Shown: positions 55,901 through 64,000, counted from the stretch's first letter. The stretch is DNA of 64,000 bases from Rickettsiales bacterium (GCA_028223895.1 JAOIVE010000002.1:1463-65462), one strand, 5' to 3'. Numbers and translations: made by a program. Notes: generated from the letters alone by a model not told the origin.

Positions 55901-56145
55901 AGGCAGAGCGCAATGTTTCAATAAAATGGCCACTTAATTTTATTGCAATAGAAGGTGATAATAAATTATCTGACTCGGTGCTTAATGAGCTTAAAAATGT
56001 AACAAATGCATTAGAGGTTGTTTTTGCAAATAAAAAAGGGCAATCTGAATTTGAGCAAATAGATAAAACTGATGATGGTAAATTTACTGTAAAGGTTGAA
56101 TTTGCCAGCCAAAGCGAAGATAAAAAATTGGAAGCTGCCGTATAA
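52966..56145 (+). CDS. valS: Valine--tRNA ligase (rickettsial/archaeal type) carrying two in-frame repeat-element insertions
   Basis: DTPPPTVSGLLHMGH (HIGH), FYPMGFDDNGLPTERLVEK, TTRPE, and KMSKSKGN. The N-terminal block resembles the Rickettsia-type ValRS. The ORF stays open through both insertions. Confidence 0.95.
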   Translation: MKPLPQKYDTHEVESKWQKFWEENKIYAWDESEVRENTFVIDTPPPTVSGLLHMGHVFSYTQADFIARYQRMSGKTVFYPMGFDDNGLPTERLVEKTKKVRASNMSREDFIELCNGVSEEARKEYRDLFQSIALSVDWQQEYHTVSAESRKISQMSFLDLYNKGRAYRKLQPMLWDPVDQTAIAQAEIEDKEMPSQKNYLHFGLVDNDSDSLSRLRGRAREGGWRNSDELIKNARELRQSQTDVEKLLWSILRRKQIKGFKFRRQHPIEKYISDFACIEAKLIIELDGGQHAEQQEYDKARTEFFQKEGYQVLRFWNNDLLNNLDGVLETIWNALPGDSDPLPNPPPQTGEGNSIKIMTTRPELLGACVAVICHTDDADKYKGKMAVTPVFGVKVPIIADDKVDKEKGTGLVMCCTFGDETDIEWWREHDLNTRLILNKYGKIEVNISQSSIIFNDEKSAINSENTIDIAKTISAFEQIQNLKSRTTARAKMLELLAEDGAIFKDPETGVHAEPCAERSGSPLEILPTNQWFVKILDQKEELKEKAKECNWYPDYMRIRVDQWIDGLNWDWCISRQRYYGVPFPVWFSKRAGEEGRIIVADIDQLPVNPLVDLPKGYKADEVIAEADVMDTWATSSVSPQLSSKGISYSSSRLRGEVRRGDYSNSSSDENAPSLALPREREREQEEEGYMIDENRHAKLFPADLRPQAHEIIRTWAFYTIVKAHLHEDKIPWKNLMISGWCLASDKTKMSKSKGNVITPVDLVESKGSDVVRFWASTSRLGADSAYSEDVLKIGKKLVNKLWNATKFAAIHLDKIEEKPGTAIEDIESGIISEELDLWILTKLNKTIKKATQEFDKYEYCNARAAVEDFFWNDLCDNYLELVKVRVYGEAEGTSKAGQKSAVYTIYHCLDGILRLFAPIVPHVTDELYTHIFEEESEALGGSINCRGTWPIADNYPQNIEAEQAGIACVNILNVIRKMKAERNVSIKWPLNFIAIEGDNKLSDSVLNELKNVTNALEVVFANKKGQSEFEQIDKTDDGKFTVKVEFASQSEDKKLEAAV
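53596..54022 (+). mobile_element. About 427-bp element: 39-nt GC-rich terminal inverted repeats flanking a DUF559 (Vsr-like PD-(D/E)XK endonuclease) domain, in-frame within valS
   Basis: TIR-L is 53596-53634 (TCCCTCTCCCGTTTACGGGGGAGGGCTAGGGAGGGGGGT). TIR-R is 53984-54022 and is its reverse complement apart from 2 substitutions and 2 one-nt run-length differences. Bases 53665-53970 encode ARELRQSQTDVEKLLW...KFRRQHPI..YI.DFAC...LIIELDGGQH...VLRFWN, the DUF559 pattern. Confidence 0.8.
54910..55013. mobile_element. About 104-bp cargo-less (MITE-like) copy of the same inverted-repeat element, in-frame within valS
   Basis: TIR-like arms at 54910-54947 and 54977-55013 are separated by about 28 bp. 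The right arm's reverse complement is near-identical to TIR-L of the DUF559 element. Confidence 0.75.
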
Positions 56146-56175
56146 ATATAGCTGTATAAATATAAAGGAGCCGAG

Positions 56176-57063
56176 ATGCGTCTTGTTGTGCTTTGTTTAC
56201 TAACTTTGATGCTTTTTTCATGCGTTGCTGATGAGGAAGTGGAAAAGAAAGTTAAGCATAATGGCGTTATAATAACCGGCTGGAATAAAGTAAAAACTCC
56301 TACTCTTAAAAATCCACAAGTTTATGGATCTTACAGTGCTGGATGTTTTGATGGCGCAGAAGCTTTGCCTTCTTCGGGATATGGATATCAGCTGGTGCGT
56401 AAAGGCAGAAATCGTTTTTATGCTCATGAATCAATGATTAATTATTTAGAAAAATTTGCCAAAAAGGTTAAAGATGATAATAATGCCACATTGCTTATTA
56501 GCGATTTATCTCAGGCTCGTGGCGGCCCTCCTGATATTAATAAATCTAAGCATTTAAGTCATCAGACAGGTCTTGATGTTGATATATGGTTCAGATTTTT
56601 AGAAGATGATGAAAAATTAGAAAAAAGCGAAGGTTCTCCATCTGTTGTTAACTGGAATAAAACAAAAATAGATCCTGTCTGGTGGAAAAAAGAGCATCGG
56701 GATATATTAAAATATGCAGCATCATTTCCTGAAGTTGAGAGGATTTTTGTCAATGCTGCAATTAAAAAAAGATTATGTAAATATCATGCGAATGAGGAGT
56801 GGATGGCAAAGATTCGCCCATGGTGGGGGCATTCAAGTCATTTTCATGTGCGTATAGCCTGCCCCGATGATAGTAGTCATTGTAAGGATCAGGCTCCTGT
56901 ACCAAAAGGCGATGGCTGTGATGAAAGCCTTGATTGGTGGTTTTCTCAAGAGGCAAAAAATAAGTTAAAAGAAAGCGCGACTAAAAAACCTAGATATCCT
57001 GTTTTGCCTTATCAATGCAGGAATGTTTATGACTGGGAATCTGAATCTTTGGCAAAAAAATAA
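56176..57063 (+). CDS. mepA: Penicillin-insensitive murein endopeptidase (MepA, peptidase M74)
   Basis: Signal/lipoprotein-like leader (LMLFSC). HLSHQTGLDVDIW and WWGHSSHFHVRIACP metal-binding motifs. Confidence 0.88.
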   Translation: MRLVVLCLLTLMLFSCVADEEVEKKVKHNGVIITGWNKVKTPTLKNPQVYGSYSAGCFDGAEALPSSGYGYQLVRKGRNRFYAHESMINYLEKFAKKVKDDNNATLLISDLSQARGGPPDINKSKHLSHQTGLDVDIWFRFLEDDEKLEKSEGSPSVVNWNKTKIDPVWWKKEHRDILKYAASFPEVERIFVNAAIKKRLCKYHANEEWMAKIRPWWGHSSHFHVRIACPDDSSHCKDQAPVPKGDGCDESLDWWFSQEAKNKLKESATKKPRYPVLPYQCRNVYDWESESLAKK

Positions 57064-57151
57064 GTTTCTGTAATATTTGTTATTGTTGCAAATAAGCTAT
57101 CTTGCTATTGTCTCTTGAGATTTTTATTTTTTCTTAAGGGAGTTTTTGATT

Positions 57152-57457
57152 ATGACATTTTATGGTGGTTTATCTTCTGAGCATTTACTGCAATTTATAG
57201 AGCGTATAGAGCGCTTGGAAGAAGAGAAGAAAAATATAGCAGAGGATATAAAGGAAGTATATGCCGAAGCAAAGTCTACAGGATTTGATGCAAAAGCAAT
57301 GCGCCAGATTATTAAATTAAGAAAAATGGATTCAAGTGAACTTGAAGAGCAGGAATATGTATTGGATACCTATAAAAGAGCTTTAGGAATGTTGCCACAA
57401 CTTGATGAGGATACTAACGATAATACTCCTCAGGAAAAGGCTGTTGAAGTTGCCTAA
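57152..57457 (+). CDS. gapR: GapR/DUF2312-family nucleoid-associated protein
   Basis: ATG at 57152 after [56 protein letters not shown] matches UPF0335/DUF2312. Confidence 0.8.
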   Translation: MTFYGGLSSEHLLQFIERIERLEEEKKNIAEDIKEVYAEAKSTGFDAKAMRQIIKLRKMDSSELEEQEYVLDTYKRALGMLPQLDEDTNDNTPQEKAVEVA

Positions 57458-57494
57458 GGTCAGAATTAAATTATAATTTCTTGATATTTATGCA

Positions 57495-57533
57495 TAAAAA
57501 AAGGGATAGCTTTTTTCAGTTATCCCTTTTTTG
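57495..57533. terminator. Bidirectional rho-independent terminator between convergent gapR and DUF465 genes
   Basis: A-run, then an AAGGGATA-N12-TATCCCTT hairpin, then a T-run. Confidence 0.75.
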
Positions 57534-57551
57534 TTTAGCCTTTGTAATTTC

Positions 57552-57722
57552 CTAAGCGGCTTCTTTTGCCAGCCTCGTCAATTTGTCTTTTATTTTCAGT
57601 TTTTCTTTCTTAATTCTATAAATATCAGATTGTGGCCGGTGATGCGAGTAGGCATCATTCAGCTCTTGTTCAAGTTTTAAGTGTTTTGCATTTAAAAATT
57701 TAACGTGATTATCTAAAGACAT
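57552..57722 (-). CDS. DUF465 (YdcH-like) small protein, 56 aa
   Basis: Not in the ORF track. A GGGGGA SD lies 7 nt upstream. MSLDNHVKFLNAKHLKLEQELNDAYSHHRPQSDIYRIKKEKLKIKDKLTRLAKEAA fits the DUF465 pattern (H..L...I......D...I..LKK.KL.LKD). Confidence 0.7.
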   Translation of the reverse strand: MSLDNHVKFLNAKHLKLEQELNDAYSHHRPQSDIYRIKKEKLKIKDKLTRLAKEAA

Positions 57723-57884
57723 AATTCGATCCCCCGTAGATACGATTTAAGTTAATTAAGATAAAGTTAATTGTACCACTTACTTGCTTCAGGTCAAAAC
57801 AAAAATTATTAAAATTTTGATAAAAAATAATGTAATTATGTCAACATTCTGATATTAAAGGTTTTTTAAAAAGATTGGGATTTT

Positions 57885-58463
57885 ATGTCTTTCGCTAATA
57901 AAATTATAGTCGCAATTAGTGGTGCCTCTGGCGCAATATATGCAATTTCATTGTTAAAAGCCTTAAAAAAATTGAAAGTCGAAACTCATTTAGTGGTTAG
58001 TAAGGCTGGCGGTTTGACTATATCTGAGGAGACTGATTACACCATAAAAGAAGTCAAATCTTTGGCAGATTATAATTATAATGTTGATGATATAGGAGCT
58101 GCAATATCAAGTGGTTCCTTTAAAACAATGGGCATGGTTGTGGTTCCTTGTTCTGTAAAAACTATGTCGGAAATAGCTTGTGGTGTTACTTCAAACTTAG
58201 TTAGCCGTGCCGCCGATGTTCAGCTAAAAGAAAGAAGAAAACTTGTTCTTATGGTAAGAGAAACTCCTTTTCATTTAGGACATTTGCGTAATATGGTGCA
58301 ACTAACTGAAATGGGGGCAATAATTTCTCCTCCTTTGCCGGCTTTTTATCCTCGTCCTGAAAATATAGATGATCTGATAAATCATAGTGTGGGAAGATTA
58401 TTAGATCTGTTTGATTTAGACTCTGACCTTGTTAAGAGGTGGAAAGGCTTAGGAGGGTGTTAA
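57885..58463 (+). CDS. ubiX: Flavin prenyltransferase UbiX
   Basis: IIVAISGASGAIYA, VVPCSVKTMSEIA and RAADVQLKERRKLVL motifs. Confidence 0.93.
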   Translation: MSFANKIIVAISGASGAIYAISLLKALKKLKVETHLVVSKAGGLTISEETDYTIKEVKSLADYNYNVDDIGAAISSGSFKTMGMVVVPCSVKTMSEIACGVTSNLVSRAADVQLKERRKLVLMVRETPFHLGHLRNMVQLTEMGAIISPPLPAFYPRPENIDDLINHSVGRLLDLFDLDSDLVKRWKGLGGC

Positions 58464-58742
58464 TCCTGAACATCTTTTTGTATTTTTAGTTGTTTTTGTT
58501 GACATGAAATACAATTTTGTTAATAAACATGTCGGTTTTATTTTAAACTAACTAATTTTTATGTTATATTAAGGACTAGCCCTCTGGTTTTTTGGTTAGG
58601 GGATTGTTTTGTTTAAGTAAAAAGGATTATTTAACATATAGTTGTTCTGTGCGGGAATATACACATATATTGGTAAATTTGTAACCTTGTGCTTTTGTGC
58701 ATCAGATGGTTACTTTCTTTTAATTTAGGGGATGGAATTAGT

Positions 58743-58943
58743 ATGGGCGAGGAAGAAAAAGTCCAAACAAAGCTTTTAGAGCTTGATAAAGAACATAAAG
58801 ATCTGGATAAAAAGATAACTGAATTAACCAAACAGGGTGTTTTTGACCAGCTTCTAGTGCAGCGTTTGAAAAGACGTAAGCTTACCCTGAAAGACTTAAT
58901 GGCTGACTTAAGACAGTCTCTTTGCGATGATATCATTGCGTAG
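58743..58943 (+). CDS. DUF465-like small protein, 66 aa
   Basis: ATG at 58743 (the track start 58689 is TTG inside a hairpin). LDKEHKDLDKKI...DQLLVQRLKRRKLTLKDLMADL resembles the DUF465 pattern. Confidence 0.6.
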   Translation: MGEEEKVQTKLLELDKEHKDLDKKITELTKQGVFDQLLVQRLKRRKLTLKDLMADLRQSLCDDIIA

Positions 58944-59022
58944 TAAATTTTTATAAACCCCTTGCATTATAGCTATTTAGCTGGATAATATCTCCTTTTT
59001 AAAATTTTACAGAGAAAGTAAT

Positions 59023-59499
59023 ATGCCTGACGTTGGTATAATAATGGGCAGTCAGTCTGACTGGAAAACAATGGAAAATACCAAGGAGTTACTGGATGAT
59101 CTTGGTGTATCAAATGAGGTAAAAATTGTTTCTGCTCATCGCACTCCGGATCGTTTATATGAATATGCAAAAAATGCTGAAGATAGGGGTGTTAAGGTTA
59201 TTATAGCCGGGGCAGGGGGTGCAGCTCATTTGCCTGGTATGGTGGCATCTCTTACATCTTTGCCGGTTTTTGGTGTTCCTATAAAAAGTAAGGCTTTAAA
59301 AGGTCAGGATAGTTTGCTGTCGATAGTTCAAATGCCGGCGGGAATTCCTGTTGGAACATTGGCAATAGGTGATGCTGGAGCAAAAAACGCTGCATTATTG
59401 GCCGCGTCCGTACTTGCTTTAAATAGTGATGATATAAAAAATAATCTAAAGAAATTTAGAGAAAATCAAACTAATTCAGTTGCACAAGAGCCAAAATGA
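59023..59499 (+). CDS. purE: N5-carboxyaminoimidazole ribonucleotide mutase
   Basis: [18 protein letters not shown] and [11 protein letters not shown] motifs. Confidence 0.96.
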   Translation: MPDVGIIMGSQSDWKTMENTKELLDDLGVSNEVKIVSAHRTPDRLYEYAKNAEDRGVKVIIAGAGGAAHLPGMVASLTSLPVFGVPIKSKALKGQDSLLSIVQMPAGIPVGTLAIGDAGAKNAALLAASVLALNSDDIKNNLKKFRENQTNSVAQEPK

Positions 59500-60599
59500 C
59501 TATCATAAAGCCGCAATCTACAATTGGAATTATTGGTGGTGGCCAGCTTGGACGGATGAGTGCCCTTGCCGCTGCTGCTCTTGGTTTGCGCGTTCATATT
59601 TACTCCGATCATGAAGATAGCCCTGCAGCGCATGTTTCTAATAGTGTTACGGTTGCCGCATTTGATGATATAGAGGCTTTGAAGAGATTTGCTTCATCAG
59701 TTGATGTAGTTACATTTGAGTTTGAGAATATCCCTGATGAAAGCATAAAAGCCATAGAGTCAGTTGCTGAAGTTCGCCCCGGGTCTAATGTTCTTAAAGC
59801 ATCAAGAAACCGGGTCAGAGAAAAAGATTTCCTAAATAACATAGGCGTTAAAACCGCGCCTTATAAAAAGATAGAATCCTTTGCTGATTTACAAAATGGG
59901 GTAAGTGAAATAGGGCCAAAATGCATTCTTAAAACCGCAGAATTGGGCTATGACGGTAAAGGGCAGTATAGAATTAACCCAGAGACACAATTGGATGAAA
60001 TCTGGAGTCAGGTTCAAGGTCAGGATACTGTTCTTGAGGGCATGGTTGATTTTGAAAAAGAAATTTCAGTTATAATTGCTCGTGGAAAAGATGGTGTCGA
60101 TTTGCCGTTTTATCCTTCTGAAAATATACATAAAAACGGCATTTTAGATGTTACTATAGCTCCTGCGCGTATAGAAGATGAGATTGTTGATAAGGCCTGG
60201 AATATAGCAAGAAGCGTTGTGAGTTCTTTGGACTTGGTGGGTATTTTAGCGGTTGAGATGTTCTTGATGAAAAATGGAGATTTGCTTGTAAATGAAATTG
60301 CACCTCGTCCTCATAATTCTGGGCATTGGACAATGGATGCTTGCATTACGAGTCAATTTGAGCAGTTTATCAGGGCAGTATGTGGTATGCCTCTTGGATC
60401 TGCGGAGCATCAATGTAGATCTGTTATGAAAAATCTTATTGGCAGTGATATAGATTTATGGGATAAATATGTTGCTCAGCCAAGTACAAAAATACATCTA
60501 TATGGCAAGAAAGTTGTCAAAGAGGGAAGGAAAATGGGGCATGTTACTCATTTGCTTTTGTCAGATGATGATATTTTAGAAGATATTATTGATCAATAA
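59496..60599 (+). CDS. purK: N5-carboxyaminoimidazole ribonucleotide synthase
   Basis: ATGA overlap with pur[12 protein letters not shown] and the ATP-grasp core with [14 protein letters not shown]. Confidence 0.95.
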   Translation: MTIIKPQSTIGIIGGGQLGRMSALAAAALGLRVHIYSDHEDSPAAHVSNSVTVAAFDDIEALKRFASSVDVVTFEFENIPDESIKAIESVAEVRPGSNVLKASRNRVREKDFLNNIGVKTAPYKKIESFADLQNGVSEIGPKCILKTAELGYDGKGQYRINPETQLDEIWSQVQGQDTVLEGMVDFEKEISVIIARGKDGVDLPFYPSENIHKNGILDVTIAPARIEDEIVDKAWNIARSVVSSLDLVGILAVEMFLMKNGDLLVNEIAPRPHNSGHWTMDACITSQFEQFIRAVCGMPLGSAEHQCRSVMKNLIGSDIDLWDKYVAQPSTKIHLYGKKVVKEGRKMGHVTHLLLSDDDILEDIIDQ

Positions 60600-60714
60600 T
60601 ATCTGTTTTATGTGGCTAATAGCCGATTCCAGGTGTTTTTATACTTGCATTTTTTACAAAAAAATGTTAGAAAGCTCGTCCATGAAAATCATTTTAATGG
60701 ATTGATGGATAATT

Positions 60715-61800
60715 ATGACACACGCAGTTTTAGTAGAGTATATTTGGTTAGATGGAACTCCCAGAGAGCGCAAGTTGCGTTCAAAGGCTAGGGTTATGAA
60801 GCTTTCTGCTTCTCCGAAGATAAAGGATTTTCCGGAGTGGAGTTTTGATGGTTCTTCTACTATGCAGGCAGAGGGTGATGATTCAGATTGCCTTTTAAAG
60901 CCGGTTAATTTTGTGAAGGATCCAATTCGCAATGATGGTGGATATCTGGTTATCTGTGAAGTTTATAGCCCCGATGGAAATCCTCACTGGTCAAATTCTC
61001 GTGCTCAGTTAAGAGAAGTTCTTGATGCAGGAGCTAAAGATCAGGATCCTTACATAGGTTTGGAGCAGGAATATACATTGTTTAAACGTAATATTCCTTT
61101 AGGGTGGCCTGAGCATGGTTTCCCTGGACCTCAAGGCCCTTATTATTGCGGTGTTGGTTCTGAACAGATTTTCGGTCGTGAAATAGCTGAAGAACATGCA
61201 AAAGCTTGTATTGATGCTGGCCTTATAATATACGGAATTAATGCAGAAGTTATGCCTGGTCAATGGGAATACCAAATTGGCTATAGAGGCATAGAAGGCG
61301 AAGATGCTGGTGTTTTGAATATATCTGATCATGCGTGGATAGCTCGTTGGTTATTACACCGTGTAGCTGAAAAATATGGCGTTCATGTTTCTTTTGCTAA
61401 CAAGCCTATTAAAGGTGACTGGAATGGCGCTGGTATGCACTCGAATTTCTCTACAAAGGATATTCGTGACAAGAACAAAGGTCGTAAAGCAATAGATGAA
61501 GCTATTGAAAGACTTAGTAAGAAGCATGAAGATCATATTATTCTTTATGGCGATGGTCTAGGTGAGCGTTTAACTGGGCTTCATGAAACTTCAAGCATGA
61601 ATAAGTTTAGTGCGGGTGCTGCTGATCGTGGAAGCTCTATCCGTATTCCTCAGCCTGTTGAAATCAGAGGTTATGGTTATTTAGAAGATCGTAGACCTGG
61701 TGCTAATGCTGATCCTTATATTGTTTCTGCAAGATTATGCGCAACGATTTGTGGCGTTGAAAATGTTGTGATTGGAGATGGTAGGAAGGAAGCTGCTTAG
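60715..61800 (+). CDS. glnII: Glutamine synthetase type II (eukaryote-like GSII)
   Basis: EYIWLDG, FDGSSTMQAEG..SDC.LKPV, GPYYCGVG, NAEVMPGQWEYQI, WNGAGMHSNFST and GYLEDRRP motifs. Ends ...GRKEAA. Confidence 0.93.
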   Translation: MTHAVLVEYIWLDGTPRERKLRSKARVMKLSASPKIKDFPEWSFDGSSTMQAEGDDSDCLLKPVNFVKDPIRNDGGYLVICEVYSPDGNPHWSNSRAQLREVLDAGAKDQDPYIGLEQEYTLFKRNIPLGWPEHGFPGPQGPYYCGVGSEQIFGREIAEEHAKACIDAGLIIYGINAEVMPGQWEYQIGYRGIEGEDAGVLNISDHAWIARWLLHRVAEKYGVHVSFANKPIKGDWNGAGMHSNFSTKDIRDKNKGRKAIDEAIERLSKKHEDHIILYGDGLGERLTGLHETSSMNKFSAGAADRGSSIRIPQPVEIRGYGYLEDRRPGANADPYIVSARLCATICGVENVVIGDGRKEAA

Positions 61801-61826
61801 TCTTTAAAAAATATTTAAATAAAAAA

Positions 61827-61859
61827 CGCTCTGTAAATCTTTGCAGGGCGTTTTTTTTT
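61827..61859 (+). terminator. Rho-independent terminator after glnII
   Basis: CGCTCTG-N10-CAGGGCG hairpin (one G-U pair) followed by a 9-nt T-run. An A-run upstream makes it potentially bidirectional. Confidence 0.75.
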
Positions 61860-62041
61860 GTGTCTGGTAATGAAAAGTTAAGATAAGGCTGGGCGTTTTA
61901 AGTTCTGGTATAAAATATTGCAGTTTTATCCATATGATATAATTAGTTAAATATATAACAAAATATTTTAGCTGCTGTTGGTAAATGAAAGGTTGTAGGG
62001 TGTTGAGTTTTTATGTTTTGTTGATTGAAAGCAATCTCAAA

Positions 62042-63151
62042 CTAATAAGCTTTGCCTCTGCTGGAAGAGTGAGTTGCGTCTTTAAATGATTCGCCACTTT
62101 TTTTGCTTGCAATAAGTGCCTCTGATATGTAGTGCTCCTTTTTTTCTTCCTTGGTAGCTTTTGTGATATCTGCTGAAATCAATCCAATTTTTTCTGCTTC
62201 TGTAATTGATTCGCTGCGTTCTGGTTCGCGCTTGCTATCTTTTGATACATCAAATTGTTTTAAGCATATTTCTTTTGATAGCTCTTCTAAGAAGCGCTCT
62301 TTTTCTTCTTCTGTAGCGTCTTTTGGTAATCTGTCAAATTCAATTTTTCCATTTTTATAAGAAATTCCAAATTCAGGATCTATTTTTGATATTAGTTCCT
62401 GTTCATTAATTCCTATATCGGCATCGGCTGTATCTTCTTTTTTATTGGCGAACGACGCTTTGTAATATTCGTGAAGCGATTGCGTGCGCTCCTCACTTTT
62501 AGACTCTCCGGGATATAGCAAATCTCTTACTAATTCCATTAGCAAATCTGTAAAGGATTTATTTATATAGCATCCTGCTTTGGTTTTTATGATTTTAGGG
62601 AATTTCTTGTGAATACCTTTTAATATATCAACCTGATTATCGCTTGCGCCTTTTTTGACATCAACGCCTATGTTTTTTAGCACGTCCTGTATTTTAATGC
62701 CGGCATTATGCTGCCTGACTATTTCTGAACATAAAGGGCCGCAGCTTTTTGCATCGTGATTTTCTACTCCAACTTCGGGCCTTGTTCCGTCTCTTTGAAA
62801 CATTGCAAGAGGAACTGGGTTATCATTATATTCCTTAGCAGAAATTTTTTGCCTGTTTTCATCAAGGTAAAATATCTGCTCGTTAGTAATTCCTAATTTA
62901 TTTTGTATGGTTCGTATTTCTTTTTCTTTAAATGGTTCCCCATAAGGATCAATTAAGGTTACAGTTCCATCTGTTTCGGGAATTATGGTTACGAAGTGAT
63001 TATATCCAGGATATCCATTTCTAAAATATACAAAAGCTTCTTTTTTTCCACTGGCAAGCATTCCGCCTAATTGACTTAGGCTGGTAGGAGGCTTTGCTCC
63101 TGTAGCTTCACGTACGTCGCCAGTACTATAGCAGTTTGTATAGTCAACCAT
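62042..63151 (-). CDS. Hypothetical protein with N-terminal CE-clan (Ulp1/SENP/ChlaDub-like) cysteine-protease-like motifs and Lys/Glu-rich C-terminal half; effector candidate
   Basis: His-Asp-Cys order and spacing. NHFVTIIPETDGTVTLIDPYG resembles HW..v.i......y.DS.g. ENHDAKSCGPLCSEI resembles QQ.N..DCG.f.C. No signal peptide. AT-rich flanks. Motif-level call only. Confidence 0.45.
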   Translation of the reverse strand: MVDYTNCYSTGDVREATGAKPPTSLSQLGGMLASGKKEAFVYFRNGYPGYNHFVTIIPETDGTVTLIDPYGEPFKEKEIRTIQNKLGITNEQIFYLDENRQKISAKEYNDNPVPLAMFQRDGTRPEVGVENHDAKSCGPLCSEIVRQHNAGIKIQDVLKNIGVDVKKGASDNQVDILKGIHKKFPKIIKTKAGCYINKSFTDLLMELVRDLLYPGESKSEERTQSLHEYYKASFANKKEDTADADIGINEQELISKIDPEFGISYKNGKIEFDRLPKDATEEEKERFLEELSKEICLKQFDVSKDSKREPERSESITEAEKIGLISADITKATKEEKKEHYISEALIASKKSGESFKDATHSSSRGKAY

Positions 63152-63322
63152 ATTGATACCAAAATTAAATCAATTTTATTATATAATACGATTATTACAA
63201 TTTGATTACAATGATCGCATTAAATAATATGTTATTTAGCCTATATCTTCTTGATAGTATAGCATAGTTTCATTATAGTGTATTTACCTTAAATAACCTT
63301 TATAAAAATGAATTGGTAATAT

Positions 63323-64000
63323 ATGGAACAGCAGCTAAATCAGCCAAAAGAATACGGTGCAGATTCAATTAAAGTCCTTAAAGGTCTGGAAGCTGTTCGT
63401 AAGCGTCCCGGTATGTATATTGGTGATACTGATGATGGTTCAGGCCTGCACCATATGGTGTATGAAGTTTTGGACAATGCTATTGACGAGGCTCTTGCCG
63501 GTCATTGTACGTTGATAGAGATTGTTATAAATGCAAATGGTTCTTGCTCTGTTTCTGATAACGGTAGAGGAATTCCGGTTGATATCCATGAAGAAGAGGG
63601 GGTTTCGGCTGCGGAAGTTATTATGACTCAGTTGCATGCCGGCGGTAAGTTTGACTCTAATTCATATAAGATATCCGGTGGCCTGCATGGGGTAGGGGTT
63701 TCTGTTGTAAACGCCCTTTCAGATTGGCTTGATCTGACTATATGGAGAAATGGCAAAGAATACGCAGCTCGCTTTGAAAATGGTGATACTGTTGAGCATC
63801 TTAAAGTTGTTGGTGATGCTGAAAATAAAAAAGGTACGAGAGTAACCTTTATGCCTTCATCGGAGATTTTCTCAGACATAGTTTTTGTTTTTGCAACTCT
63901 TGAACATCGCATCCGTGAAATGGCTTTCTTGAATTCTGGGGTTCATATAATTTTGCGCGATTTGCGTAATGAAGAGCCAAGCGAGGTTGAGTTTAAATAT
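63323..64000 (+). CDS. gyrB: DNA gyrase subunit B, N-terminal part (continues beyond the window)
   Basis: [42 protein letters not shown] and [15 protein letters not shown]. Open to the window end, so absent from the ORF track. Confidence 0.95.
   Translation, partial: MEQQLNQPKEYGADSIKVLKGLEAVRKRPGMYIGDTDDGSGLHHMVYEVLDNAIDEALAGHCTLIEIVINANGSCSVSDNGRGIPVDIHEEEGVSAAEVIMTQLHAGGKFDSNSYKISGGLHGVGVSVVNALSDWLDLTIWRNGKEYAARFENGDTVEHLKVVGDAENKKGTRVTFMPSSEIFSDIVFVFATLEHRIREMAFLNSGVHIILRDLRNEEPSEVEFKY

Noticed and set aside
58576-58605. CTAGCCCTC...GGTTAGGGGA looked like a decayed third copy of the valS repeat arms.
   Set aside because: Only ~9-10-nt fragments match. They are in the wrong relative order for an element and are not mutually complementary. 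I cannot distinguish this from chance without a computed alignment.
60621-60650. A possible sigma-54 (-24 GG / -12 GC) promoter upstream of glnII.
   Set aside because: The GG and GC dinucleotides are 13 nt apart instead of the required 10, and the flanking bases do not fit TGGCAC-N5-TTGC.
63440-63912. Two minus-strand ORFs (65 and 94 aa) near the window end.
   Set aside because: Both are antisense to the unmistakable gyrB N-terminal ATPase domain. The ORF track omits gyrB only because it has no stop inside the window.
1-64000. I looked for CRISPR arrays, rRNA genes, transposases or integrases, prophage genes, and known defence-system enzymes (restriction, Cas, and similar).
   Set aside because: I saw no tandem spaced repeats, no rRNA-like conserved stretches, and no transposase, integrase or phage-like ORFs. 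The only mobile-element-like signals are the two inverted-repeat insertions in valS.

Overview
This is an AT-rich bacterial window, about one-third G+C by eye. It is gene-dense with frequent start/stop overlaps. All calls rest on reading motifs and synteny in the supplied translations; no searches were run. The content looks alphaproteobacterial and resembles an intracellular Rickettsiales/Holosporales-type lineage. Evidence for that is a rickettsial/archaeal-type ValRS, a 17-kDa-antigen-like lipoprotein, GapR/DUF2312, a Sel1-repeat protein and effector-like ORFans. Most of the window is core housekeeping: secY-adk-rpsM-rpsK-rpoA-rplQ, queA-tgt and queH, purB/purE/purK, aromatic amino-acid genes, riboflavin genes, fabI, valS, GSII and gyrB. 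It also holds a 10-gene Mrp-type cation/proton antiporter cluster, a TAXI-TRAP transporter, a GldA/F/G-like ABC system and one tRNA(CAU). I saw no rRNA, CRISPR array, integrase or classical IS. The most unusual signal is inside valS. Two GC-rich inverted-repeat elements are inserted in-frame: one carries a complete DUF559 (Vsr-like) nuclease domain, and the other is a cargo-less miniature of it. Other points worth follow-up: (1) an orphan MNIO (DUF692)-DUF2063 pair with no adjacent precursor; (2) an unannotated 35-aa secreted Cys peptide next to a 940-aa ORFan with a similar promoter region; (3) a putative CE-clan protease effector; (4) a recurrent C-terminal E-A-A tail on unrelated proteins.
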